DNA from: Candidatus Omnitrophota bacterium
Lineage (GTDB): Bacteria > Omnitrophota > Gorgyraeia > Zapsychrales > Fredricksoniimonadaceae
Assembly: GCA_903908245.1 (NCBI GenBank)
Contig: CAIVRE010000015.1
Location: forward strand, 5,468 to 69,467
Reading direction: 5' to 3'
Length of the DNA: 64,000 nucleotides
This document shows, in pieces, positions 51,908-63,114 of the stretch (positions are counted from its first letter, which is position 1; each line of letters starts with the position of its first letter). The notes under the pieces were generated by a model. That model searched no databases, was not told where the DNA came from, and worked only from the letters and a program-made list of their open reading frames with translations. Made by a program: the position numbers and the translations under genes.

Positions 51908-51995
51908 TATTCTTGTTTTTGACCGGAGAGTTAAGCGGGTTTAAAAAAATTCTTTACAATTGCGGGGTGGATAAGTAAACTAGCGAAGATTTTTT

Positions 51996-52073
51996 GGGGT
52001 GGTGGTGTAGTTTGGTTAACATATCAGCTTGTCACGCTGGAGATCGCGGGTTCAAGTCCCGTCCACCCCGCCA
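51996..52073 (+). tRNA. tRNA-Asp (anticodon GTC), CCA encoded
   Basis: Acceptor GGGGTGG/CCACCCC, anticodon loop TTGTCAC, T-arm GCGGG-TTCAAGT-CCCGT. Confidence 0.8.
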
Positions 52074-52075
52074 TT

Positions 52076-52114
52076 AAACAAGAAAGCCCGCTTTTTCAGC
52101 GGGCTTTCTTGTTT
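52076..52114 (+). terminator. Long hairpin terminator after the tRNA pair
   Basis: AAACAAGAAAGCCCGC-tttttca-GCGGGCTTTCTTGTTT, a 16-bp perfect stem. Confidence 0.5.
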
Positions 52115-52304
52115 AATGGCCGACCCGAAGGGAGCGAAGCGACCGGAGGGCGCCAAGTCTCCTGCCGAGCCAGAGCTTCCTCATATTTTGGGTGTGCAAA
52201 AGTGAAAAGAATTGATAATATATTTGTAAAGAGGCAACAGGTTTTTAACGATCGGCCCAGTCATCAGGCCAGAGATCCGGGTATTTTTGTTTTAAGGAAT
52301 AACC

Positions 52305-53597
52305 ATGAAGAATGAAACTGAAAAAGCACTCGTTAAAGCGGTAAAACTTTTGCAAGAACAGCTATTAGCAAAAGATATTGAAAGCCAGAAGGCCGAGCAA
52401 AAGATCCAGAAAGCTCGCGAATATGCCGAGAGTATCGTAGAGACAGTGCGCGTGCCTTTAATAGTGTTGAGTCACAAGCTCAGGGTGATCTCTGCCAATC
52501 AATCGTTCTATCGGGTTTTTAAAGTTTCTCCTCAGGAAACTGTAGGAGAATTTATTTATGATCTGGGAAATCGGCAGTGGAATATTCCCGGGCTGCGGCA
52601 TCTTTTGGAGAAGATCCTTCCTGATAATAAATTCTTCGAGGACTATGAGATCAGTCATGATTTCAAGGCCATCGGGCCCAGGGACATGCTTCTTAATGCC
52701 CGCCGCCTTGATAGCGTGCAGATGATCCTTCTGAGTATTGAGGATATTACGGATCGCAAGAAGAGCGAAAATAAATTGAGAAATTCAGAGATCAAATATA
52801 AGGCGTTATTTATGGGTGCGCCCGATGGGATGCTCGCGGTGAGAACACAAACGAAGCAGATCATTTACGCTAATCCGGCTGCCTGCAGGATGTTCGGATA
52901 CGCGGAAGAAGAGTTTGTGCAAAAAAGAGTTATGGATCTTCATCCAAAAAAGTTTATGAGTTATGTTTTGGCCTGTTTCAAGGCAGAGAAGAAGGACGTT
53001 AATCGTGTATTAACAAACCTTGCATGCCTGCGCCAGGACGGCAGCGTGTTTTATGTCGACGTCAGCTGGATCAATATCATTTTAGATGGCGAGGATTGCA
53101 TCTTGGGCATTTTTAATGATATCACCCAGCGTATGCAGGCGCAGGAGGCATTAAGAAGGTCTGAAAAAGAGCTAAAAGACGACAAGGTGCTTTTGGTACA
53201 AAAGAATTTGGCTTTAAAGGAATTGCTGGAACATATGGAGAGGGAAAAAGACAGGATGAGAGAAGATGTTGCGATCAACGTGGAAGAATTCATAGAACCG
53301 ATCCTGAAGAAACTGGCGATCAAGGGCGTTTCGCCCAAATATCTTGAATTGCTCGAGCAGCATTTGAAGGAACTGACATTGTCTTTTGGCCGCAAGATAA
53401 CCAACAGACGCGAGCGATTAACATCTCGCGAGATCGAGATCAGCAGCATGATCAAAGGCAACCTTACCAGTAAGGATATTGCCGGGCTTTTGAATGTTTC
53501 TTGCCAGACAATAGAAAAACACCGCAAAAATATCCGAAAGAAAATGGGCCTGTCGAACAAAAAGGCCAACCTTGCCTCATATCTTCAGAAGATCTGA
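52305..53597 (+). CDS. PAS-PAS-LuxR family transcriptional regulator
   Basis: Two PAS-like regions and C-terminal HTH LTSREIEISSMIKGNLTSKDIAGLLNVSCQTIEKHRKNIRKKMGL (LuxR/GerE type). Confidence 0.7.
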   Translation: MKNETEKALVKAVKLLQEQLLAKDIESQKAEQKIQKAREYAESIVETVRVPLIVLSHKLRVISANQSFYRVFKVSPQETVGEFIYDLGNRQWNIPGLRHLLEKILPDNKFFEDYEISHDFKAIGPRDMLLNARRLDSVQMILLSIEDITDRKKSENKLRNSEIKYKALFMGAPDGMLAVRTQTKQIIYANPAACRMFGYAEEEFVQKRVMDLHPKKFMSYVLACFKAEKKDVNRVLTNLACLRQDGSVFYVDVSWINIILDGEDCILGIFNDITQRMQAQEALRRSEKELKDDKVLLVQKNLALKELLEHMEREKDRMREDVAINVEEFIEPILKKLAIKGVSPKYLELLEQHLKELTLSFGRKITNRRERLTSREIEISSMIKGNLTSKDIAGLLNVSCQTIEKHRKNIRKKMGLSNKKANLASYLQKI

Positions 53598-53634
53598 TCT
53601 TTTCGACCAGCCCTTTATAAGCTCCCCCTGAAGG

Positions 53635-53657
53635 AATGGGTATATTCTATACCCATT
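53635..53657. promoter_or_regulatory. Perfect 10-bp palindrome AATGGGTATA-ttc-TATACCCATT plus a downstream half-site, a candidate operator
   Basis: Seen directly. Additional TACCCATT half-site 4 nt downstream. Confidence 0.35.
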
Positions 53658-53739
53658 TGATACCCATTAATGCCCTATAGCATCGGTTACAATGCAGGGA
53701 TACAATTTGGACATATAGGAAGTGAGTGTCTGATATCGC

Positions 53740-54039
53740 ATGTGTGTATTCAGGGAAAGGAATATTTTCTTTATGAATCCATCCTGTGAAAAAGAAGCTG
53801 AAATAGGAACAATAGAAATGACCCGGCGCACAGGCATATCGTCCGAGCGATTGCGTTATTGGGAGAGATTTGGCATTGTTAAACCAGAATATGCCCAGTG
53901 CGGGATAAGAAAATTCAGGTGTTATTCTGCGGAAGATATCGACAGGGCTATTTTTGTGAAGAGGCTCATCGATAAGGAGGGGTATTCCCTCGCTGGCGCC
54001 CAAAGGAAGTTGGAAAAAGAGATGAAAGTTGGCCCCTGA
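53740..54039 (+). CDS. MerR-family HTH transcriptional regulator (small). True start possibly downstream, near 53818
   Basis: MTRRTGISSERLRYWERFGIVKP matches the MerR HTH. Confidence 0.55.
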   Translation: MCVFRERNIFFMNPSCEKEAEIGTIEMTRRTGISSERLRYWERFGIVKPEYAQCGIRKFRCYSAEDIDRAIFVKRLIDKEGYSLAGAQRKLEKEMKVGP

Positions 54040-54058
54040 AAGAATTAGAGAAGGCGTG

Positions 54059-55886
<1,828 letters not shown>

Positions 55887-55909
<23 letters not shown>

Positions 55910-56333
55910 GATACTTTTAGTCGAGGATAATCCGTCTGACGTTGAGCTTACACTGCGGGCGTTACAGAAGAAGAACCTTGATAATAAAATCCATGTGGTC
56001 ACTGATGGAGCCCAGGCGCTTGATTTTGTATTTTGTTCCGGAGCCTATCTCAACAGGAACATTAAAAATCCGCCCAAGGTTATTCTTCTCGACATTAAGC
56101 TCCCCAAGGTGGATGGCAAAGAGGTGCTCAGGCGCATCAAGGCGGATGAAAGGACGAAGATCATCCCCGTCGTGATCATGACTTCTTCTCAGGAGGAAAG
56201 TGATCTGATCGATAGTTATAATCTCGGCGCGAACAGCTATATCGTGAAGCCGATCGATTTTGAAAAGTTCTCTGAAACGATCAGGGCGCTTGGCATGTAT
56301 TGGGTTTTTATCAACAAGCCTCCGATCGTTTAA
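55887..56333 (+). CDS. Single-domain response regulator (CheY-like REC)
   Basis: ILLVEDNPSDVELT...VILLDIKLPKVDG...SYIVKP. RBS AAGGAGGG. Confidence 0.75.
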
Positions 56334-56400
56334 AAGAAGGCATCAAAGGGGCAAAGTATCCGAGTTGACAGGCGGGATCTTTGGGAGAGAAGGAGGTTTT

Positions 56401-57309
56401 ATGGATAAAGAGATACGGATCTTGATCATAGAAGATTCTGAAGCGGACGTGGAGCTTCTCGCAAGACAGCTTGATCAATGCGGCTTGGCCTACACCTTGA
56501 AATGGGTGAAAACAAAAGAGGCATTTCAAAAACTGATCGGCGACTATATTCCGGACATGATCTTTAGTGATTTTAATATGCCAGGTTTTGGCGCTTCCGA
56601 GGCGCTGGAGATCGCAAAAGAAGTTTTCCCGGGAATTCCGTTTGCCGTCATTTCCGGCACCATTGCTGAGGATCGGGCGGTTGAGATGATGAAGGCAGGC
56701 GCGGTGGACTATATTATGAAAGACCGGCTCTACAAGTTAGCAGAGGTCATAAAGCGTGCTGTCCGGGAAAGAGAGGTTCGTGTCGATCTCAAGAAGGCGG
56801 AGGCGGAGATCCGCCAGTCGGCTGAACAGTGGAAGATGACGTTTGATGCCATGAGTGAAATGATCTTTGTTCAGGATAAGGATATGAATATTGTGAGGAT
56901 AAACAAGGCCTGTCTTAATGCGTTAAAAATGGATTCCAGGGACGTGATCGGCAAGAAATGTTTCGAGATCGTGCATCACCTGGATCATCCCTGGCTGTCC
57001 TGTCCTTTTAAGAAGAGCGAACTGGATAAAGAATCCCATACAGAAGAGGTCATTGATCCTCGGTTGGGGATCATCTTACAGGTCACTGTTGCTCCCATTC
57101 TTGGGATCGATGGAGAATGGCTGGGCGCGGTCCATGTCGCCAGGGATATTACACAGGAAAAGAAGGTCACAAAGCAAACGGAAGCGCATTTGCATGAGTT
57201 GGAGATTTATTACAAAGCGAGCATGGGCCGGGAAGAGCGTATTCTGGCATTGAAAGAAGAGATCGACCAGTTGAAAGAGGATCTGGCCAAATTCAAAAAG
57301 AGTGTCTGA
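56401..57309 (+). CDS. Response regulator REC-PAS with conserved C-terminal coiled-coil tail
   Basis: REC (ILIIEDSEADVELL...) plus PAS. Strong RBS GAGAAGGAGG. Confidence 0.7.
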   Translation: MDKEIRILIIEDSEADVELLARQLDQCGLAYTLKWVKTKEAFQKLIGDYIPDMIFSDFNMPGFGASEALEIAKEVFPGIPFAVISGTIAEDRAVEMMKAGAVDYIMKDRLYKLAEVIKRAVREREVRVDLKKAEAEIRQSAEQWKMTFDAMSEMIFVQDKDMNIVRINKACLNALKMDSRDVIGKKCFEIVHHLDHPWLSCPFKKSELDKESHTEEVIDPRLGIILQVTVAPILGIDGEWLGAVHVARDITQEKKVTKQTEAHLHELEIYYKASMGREERILALKEEIDQLKEDLAKFKKSV

Positions 57310-57338
57310 ATGCCGGGCAAATTCAGGAAGAAGGTCTT

Positions 57339-59141
57339 ATGGTGAAAGACAATAACAGGCTTCAACACATGAGCGTGGCCATGCCTGAGGGGAAGGCTGT
57401 TGCGATCATGCAACAGATGTCAGAGATCATCAGTGTCTTGATCTTTTTTGGCGGATGTATTGTCCTGATGGGGTGGGCATTGGATATTGCGGCTTTGAAG
57501 AGCGTCCTTCCGGGACTGGTCACGATGAAGGCCAATACGGCGCTTTGTTTTGTCCTGATCGGTCTGGCCTTGTGGTGTCTGCAGATGAAGCGGGCGGATC
57601 ATGTCTGGTCGCGTTTAACCGCGGAACTATGTGTTTTTGTGCTTTTGTCCATCGGTCTTGTGACGATGTGTGAGTATGCCTTTCAATGGAACCCGGGCAT
57701 TGATCAATTATTGTTCCAGGACTCGGCCAGCGCTGTTTTGACGTCTTCTCCTGGAAGAATGGCTTTAAATACGGCGATCAACTTCGTATTGATCGCTTTA
57801 GCTTTCTTATTCTCAAGTCGCAAGAGGGTGAGGCTTGATCATGTGGCACAGAGTTTGACTTTGTTTGTTGTCTACACGTCCCTTTTAGCTCTCGTGGGGT
57901 ATTTTTATGGGGCAGCGCCTCTTTATTTTGGTCAGAAGTTCAGTACGGCCATGGCGTTCCATACGGCGGTTTTTTTTGTCCTGTCGGCCTTCGGGATCTT
58001 TTTTTTACGTTCCGAGAGAGGTTTCATGGCCCAGGTCACCTCTGATCTTATGGGAGGCAATATCCTGCGTCGAATATTACCAGTTGCGATCCTTGTTCCG
58101 ATCAGCATGGGATTTTTCGAGATATTCGCGCAAAGAATAACCTTGTTCAGCAATGAATTTGGCGTTTCGCTGGTGGCGATGGGAAATCTTTCCTTTGTTG
58201 TGCTGTATATTTATTTTCTTGGAAGGCTGTTGAATTATTCGGATGCCGGGCGAAAAGGGCAGGAGGATTCAACAGCTGCAGCAAAAGAATATCTTGAAAA
58301 GATCATCAATGCCGTGGCTGACCCCATCTTTGTCAAGGATCAGGAGCATCGCTGGGTCTTGTATAATTCCGCCTTTCTTGCATTTATTGGACGCAAGGCT
58401 GGGGAATTACAGGGAAAGTCTGATTATGATTTTTTTCCCAGGGAGCAGGCGGATATTTTCTGGAAGAAAGATGAAGAGGTGTTTTTCGGAGGAAAAGAGA
58501 TCATTAATGAGGAGTTCTTCACGGACGGAAAAGGGACCCTCAGGACGATCATTACCAAGAAGACATTATATGAAGACCCATCAGGTAGGAAGTATATCGT
58601 GGGGATCATTCAGGATATTACGGACCGAAAGGTTGTGGAGGAGGCTCTTAAGGCAAGTGAAGTTCGTCATCGGGAGATGTTTGGCCGGATGAGAAGCGGT
58701 GTGGCTGTTTACGAGGCGAAAAAGGACGGCGAGGATTTTATTCTCAGAGATTTTAATCCGGAGGCTGAGCGTACCAATCAAGTGAAGAGGGAAGATATTC
58801 TCGGGAGGAGCGTTTTGGATGTTTTTCCAAACGTCCGTGATACGGGCATCTTCAATGTTTTTCAGCGTGTTTGGAAGACCGGGATATCCGAAAATTATCC
58901 TGCTGTCTTTTACAAGGATGAACGTATAGCCCGCTGGTTCGAGAACGATGTTTATAAGCTTCCTTCTGGGGAGATCGTTGCTATCTTTAATGATGTCACT
59001 GAGCAGAAAATGGCAGGAGAAGAGGTGCGTAAGCGTATCAAGGAAATGGAGATCTTGTATAAGGTGAGCATGGGGAGGGAAGAACGTATCCTGGAGTTAA
59101 AAAAGAAAGTCATGGAGCTGGAGTTGAAGCTTGGGACGTAG
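57339..59141 (+). CDS. Polytopic membrane sensor (8-9 TM) with two cytoplasmic PAS domains and the same C-terminal tail. No kinase domain
   Basis: Hydrophobic N-terminal 300 aa. PAS-like regions. C-terminal ...KEMEILYKVSMGREERILELKKK. Confidence 0.6.
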   Translation: MVKDNNRLQHMSVAMPEGKAVAIMQQMSEIISVLIFFGGCIVLMGWALDIAALKSVLPGLVTMKANTALCFVLIGLALWCLQMKRADHVWSRLTAELCVFVLLSIGLVTMCEYAFQWNPGIDQLLFQDSASAVLTSSPGRMALNTAINFVLIALAFLFSSRKRVRLDHVAQSLTLFVVYTSLLALVGYFYGAAPLYFGQKFSTAMAFHTAVFFVLSAFGIFFLRSERGFMAQVTSDLMGGNILRRILPVAILVPISMGFFEIFAQRITLFSNEFGVSLVAMGNLSFVVLYIYFLGRLLNYSDAGRKGQEDSTAAAKEYLEKIINAVADPIFVKDQEHRWVLYNSAFLAFIGRKAGELQGKSDYDFFPREQADIFWKKDEEVFFGGKEIINEEFFTDGKGTLRTIITKKTLYEDPSGRKYIVGIIQDITDRKVVEEALKASEVRHREMFGRMRSGVAVYEAKKDGEDFILRDFNPEAERTNQVKREDILGRSVLDVFPNVRDTGIFNVFQRVWKTGISENYPAVFYKDERIARWFENDVYKLPSGEIVAIFNDVTEQKMAGEEVRKRIKEMEILYKVSMGREERILELKKKVMELELKLGT

Positions 59142-59178
59142 TTTTACAGATCGGGATCGCTAACGCAGGTGTTTTGTC

Positions 59179-61671
59179 ATGATGAAAACAGGCATTCAAA
59201 AAAAAAGCATACGGTTTGTGCTTGTCGTTGTTGGCATTATGGCGATAGCCCTGACAGTAGCGGGCTTTTTAAGTGTATGGAAGATGCGTTTTGATACCAT
59301 TGGCCAGAGGCAAAAACAGGATGCCGTGCTGTTCTCAACTTTTATTACCCTTCAAATTGAACATACCGTTTCGAATTTGGGATCTTATGTGGTGAGCCCC
59401 TGGTGGCGTGATGCGCTCGATCAGGCTAATCTTACTTATGTTAACTGGAACCCCCAGGCCATCCAGAAGTATATGGCGCGCATGGACGAGGAGTGGGTGT
59501 CGGCGCCCTTTAACAGCCCGGTCATTCAAGAGCGGCTCGGCTCCCGGATGAGTCAGAGATTAAAGATATTGGCGGATCAGGATGTCACGATCGCGAAAAT
59601 GCTTCTTACAGATAAATATGGCGGTTTGGTGGCCTCCTCGAACAGATCAAGCGATTTCTATCAGGCGGATGAGGACTGGTGGCAGCGTGCCTACAATAAA
59701 GGCCAGGGCGCCATCTTCTGGGGAGGCGTGGAACTTGACCCCTCGAGCCAGAAAATTTCCTGCCCTGTTGCCATTCCGGTCAAAGATCAGACAGGACAGG
59801 TCATTGGTGTCTTAAAGACCAGCCTGGATATTTCCGTATTTTTTCAGTCTTTACTGAAGTATCAATTCGGGAAGACAGGGCATGTGTCCTTGTTAAATGA
59901 GCAGGGGGACGTTATCTATCACCCCGGGCTGGCGCCCATGAGCAAGTTTGTGTTATCAGGTCCTGATCTGGGCCGTTTGTTAAGATCAAAGAACGGTTTT
60001 GAGATCGTCAAAGGTTGTACAGGAAAAATGGCGCTGGTTTCTGCTTCCCGGGTTCAGAGCCCGTATCTTGAAACAAATGGGATCCACTGGATCATCTTTG
60101 TTGCACAAGAACAAGATGAAATTTCTTATCCGCTGTATATGATCTTTGCCGGGTCGCTTGTTTTTGTGTTGATCATTTCATCGGGGATCGTGTTTTTTAT
60201 GCGCAAGATGATCCGGGACGTCTTTATTGCTCCGTTACTCAGGATCCAGGAAGGTGTACGGCATTTTTCTAAAGGAGATCTGGACCATCGCATTGATCTG
60301 AAGACGGCGGATGAGTTCGAATTGTTGGCAACGTCTTTAAACGAAGCTGCCGGTCATCTTAAAGAAACCATGGTATCGAAGGACAAGCTGTTATCTGAAA
60401 TAGAACGGCGCCAACAGCTGGAAAAGGACTTGATAGAGAGCGAAAAGAGATTCATCGATGTTATGTATGCTTCTCCCGACGCCATTCTTCTGATAGCGGG
60501 GGACAAGTTTGTGGATTCTAACGAAGCCACGGCCCGAATGCTGGGATATGCGAGCCGGGAGGACTTTTTGATGACGCATCCCTCGCAATTGTCTCCCCCC
60601 CGGCAGCCGGACGGGCAGAGTTCTTTTGAAAAAGCCAATGAGATGATGAAGATCGCGGCCGAACGGGGATCCCACCGGTTTGAATGGGTGCACCGCAAGG
60701 CGAATGGAGAAGACTTCTTGGTCGAGGTGTCTCTTACGCCTATTGTCATAAAAGGCAAGACCGTTCTCCACTGTGTATGGATCGATCTCACCAGAAAGAT
60801 CCAGGATGAAGAGAAACTCAAGCTCATTCAGCTGAGTTTGACGGAGCGGTCCGAGCAATTGGGGAATTCTTTGAAAGAGGCGTTCAAATCCCGCGAGATC
60901 CTGACGAGCATGCTGGAGGACAACAATGAGGCGACGGAAAAGCTGAAAGAAAATATCAGGGAATTAAAGCGTTCCCAGAGCATGCTGATCCACTCTGAAA
61001 AGCTGGCATCTTTGGGGCGGCTTGTTTCCGAGATCGCCCACGAGGTTAATAATCCGTTGATGATCATTTCCGGGAATGCACAGTTATCATTGATGTCAGC
61101 GGCGACAAGTGACAAGGAGAAAAAGAGCGCGGGCAAGATCGTCAAGGAATGCGAGAGGGCCAAGGAGGTTATCCGCCGGGTTCTCAGGTTCGCCCGGCCG
61201 AGCAAGGGAGAAGTCAAGGATGTGAATATCATCCAGAGCATTGAGGCTGTTGCCTGTCTTTTGGAAAAGCAGTATATGTTGAACAACAATGTGGAGATCA
61301 AAAGAGATTATCTGACAAAGGACATCTATATCCCGGTGGATGATCTGCAGCTTCAGGAAGTGTTCATGAATCTTTTGAATAATGCCAAGGAAGCCATGCC
61401 TCATGGCGGTGTTGTTACGATCACGACTTCTTTGGAAGGCGATTTTTTGAAGATCGATTTTAAGGATACGGGGGAGGGCATGACGGAAGAGGTGATGCAC
61501 AAGATCATGGAGCCGTTCTTTACGACCAAAGAGACAGGGACCGGGATCGGGCTGGCGGTTTGTTACGGGATCATCAAGGTGCATGGCGGGGAAATAAAAT
61601 TTGAGAGTGAGTTGGGCAAGGGAACGACAGCAACGATATTGCTGCCATTGGCGGGGGGGGGTAAATCGTAA
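59179..61671 (+). CDS. Sensor histidine kinase with double-Cache-like periplasmic domain, HAMP, PAS, HisKA, HATPase_c
   Basis: Two TM flanking a ~300-aa extracytoplasmic region. HAMP. H-box EIAHEVNNPL. G-boxes DTGEGM...GTGIGLAV. Confidence 0.7.
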   Translation: MMKTGIQKKSIRFVLVVVGIMAIALTVAGFLSVWKMRFDTIGQRQKQDAVLFSTFITLQIEHTVSNLGSYVVSPWWRDALDQANLTYVNWNPQAIQKYMARMDEEWVSAPFNSPVIQERLGSRMSQRLKILADQDVTIAKMLLTDKYGGLVASSNRSSDFYQADEDWWQRAYNKGQGAIFWGGVELDPSSQKISCPVAIPVKDQTGQVIGVLKTSLDISVFFQSLLKYQFGKTGHVSLLNEQGDVIYHPGLAPMSKFVLSGPDLGRLLRSKNGFEIVKGCTGKMALVSASRVQSPYLETNGIHWIIFVAQEQDEISYPLYMIFAGSLVFVLIISSGIVFFMRKMIRDVFIAPLLRIQEGVRHFSKGDLDHRIDLKTADEFELLATSLNEAAGHLKETMVSKDKLLSEIERRQQLEKDLIESEKRFIDVMYASPDAILLIAGDKFVDSNEATARMLGYASREDFLMTHPSQLSPPRQPDGQSSFEKANEMMKIAAERGSHRFEWVHRKANGEDFLVEVSLTPIVIKGKTVLHCVWIDLTRKIQDEEKLKLIQLSLTERSEQLGNSLKEAFKSREILTSMLEDNNEATEKLKENIRELKRSQSMLIHSEKLASLGRLVSEIAHEVNNPLMIISGNAQLSLMSAATSDKEKKSAGKIVKECERAKEVIRRVLRFARPSKGEVKDVNIIQSIEAVACLLEKQYMLNNNVEIKRDYLTKDIYIPVDDLQLQEVFMNLLNNAKEAMPHGGVVTITTSLEGDFLKIDFKDTGEGMTEEVMHKIMEPFFTTKETGTGIGLAVCYGIIKVHGGEIKFESELGKGTTATILLPLAGGGKS

Positions 61672-62054
61672 TGGCTAAGATATTGGTCGTTGATGATGAG
61701 GAAGGGATCGTCGAGGTGTTCGTCGAATTCTTGGCCCAGGAGGGTTTTGAGGTCATTTCGGCCTCCGGGGGCGGGGAGGCCATTGGGCTTTTAAAGGCAG
61801 GCGTGGCCATGGATCTAATGATCCTTGATATGAAGATGCCCAGGATCACAGGGTTAGATGTGCTGAAGGTTAAGAAGGACTTGCAAGATATCCGGCCGGT
61901 CATCATTTTAACGGGATCCATGGGGCAGGAGAAAATTTATAAAGACTTGGAAGGATTGGGATTCCGCTGGGAAGATGTTATTTATAAACCCGTTGATCTG
62001 CTTTTGCTTTTAAATGAAGTCAAAAAGAAACTTGGGATGAACAGGCATTTATGA
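61671..62054 (+). CDS. Single-domain response regulator (REC)
   Basis: [14 protein letters not shown]...[13 protein letters not shown]... Confidence 0.75.
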   Translation: MAKILVVDDEEGIVEVFVEFLAQEGFEVISASGGGEAIGLLKAGVAMDLMILDMKMPRITGLDVLKVKKDLQDIRPVIILTGSMGQEKIYKDLEGLGFRWEDVIYKPVDLLLLLNEVKKKLGMNRHL

Positions 62055-63112
62055 ATACGGCCAGGAACAACATAAAGGTCCTTATCGTTGAAGATGATCC
62101 GGCAGCCGCCGACTTGTATCTTGAGATATTCAGGATGCCGGGAAGGGTGGCCTTTGATGTCAAATGGGCGGATCGCCTGTCGAAAGCTTTGGAATATGAG
62201 AGCCGCGAGGCATTCGACGTGATCTTGTCCGATCTGGGCCTGCCGGATTCCAGAGGATTAAATACTTTCGAGAAGGTTAAAGAACAGGCGCAGGATGCTC
62301 CCATTATTATTTTAACTGGTTCTGAAGAGGAAACGCTGGCGGCGCAGGCTATCGGAGGCGGCGCCCAGGATTATATTTCAAAAGGGCGAGTGGATTATCA
62401 TATCCTTTTGCGGGCGATAACCTATGCGATCGAACGCAGCCGGATACAGAAAGATCTCCAGGATGCGAAGAAAGGCCTTGAGATGAAAGTCCGGGAGCGC
62501 ACCGCCGATCTGCAGGCATCCTTTGTCTATCTGATCAATGCTCTTGCCCGGGCGGCCGAGGCCAACGATGAAGACACGGGGGACCATATCCTGAGGGTCG
62601 GTGAATATTGTGCCGTGATCTCGCGGCAGATGAGAATGCCGCAGGAGTTCTCGGACGCCATCTGTTCGCAGGCCCCGTTGCATGATGTGGGCAAGATCCA
62701 TGTGCCGTCCACCATTCTAAAGAAGACGGGCAGCCTGACATCGGAGGAGTGGGAGGAAATGAAAAAACATACCCTCTACGGCGCGAAAATAATCGGCGAC
62801 CATCCCAAGTTCGCAATAGCCAAGTCGGTCACGCTGACCCACCATGAGAAATGGGACGGCAGCGGGTATCCCCGCGGCCTGAAAGGTGAAGAGATCCCCG
62901 TCGAGGGGCGGATCGTGACGATCGCCGATCAGTATGATGCATTAAGAAATGCGCGGGCCTATAAACCGGCGTTCGACCACGGAACGACGTGCGAGATCAT
63001 TATCAAGGGTGACGGAAGGACAAAGCCGGAGCACTTCGATCCCGAGGTCCTGGATGCCTTTGAACAGACAGCATCTGTCTTGGAAGAATTGTACGAAAAA
63101 ATGAAGCGGTGA
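62051..63112 (+). CDS. Response regulator REC + HD-GYP c-di-GMP phosphodiesterase
   Basis: REC followed by HD-GYP signature HDVGK ... [14 protein letters not shown]. Confidence 0.8.
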   Translation: MNTARNNIKVLIVEDDPAAADLYLEIFRMPGRVAFDVKWADRLSKALEYESREAFDVILSDLGLPDSRGLNTFEKVKEQAQDAPIIILTGSEEETLAAQAIGGGAQDYISKGRVDYHILLRAITYAIERSRIQKDLQDAKKGLEMKVRERTADLQASFVYLINALARAAEANDEDTGDHILRVGEYCAVISRQMRMPQEFSDAICSQAPLHDVGKIHVPSTILKKTGSLTSEEWEEMKKHTLYGAKIIGDHPKFAIAKSVTLTHHEKWDGSGYPRGLKGEEIPVEGRIVTIADQYDALRNARAYKPAFDHGTTCEIIIKGDGRTKPEHFDPEVLDAFEQTASVLEELYEKMKR

Positions 63113-63114
63113 CT

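Noticed and set aside
51834-52073. Genomic-island insertion at the tRNA-Val/tRNA-Asp pair
   Set aside because: No integrase, no direct repeat of a tRNA 3' end and no compositional break are visible by eye. The downstream signalling island may simply be chromosomal. It is kept only as a low-interest note in the findings.
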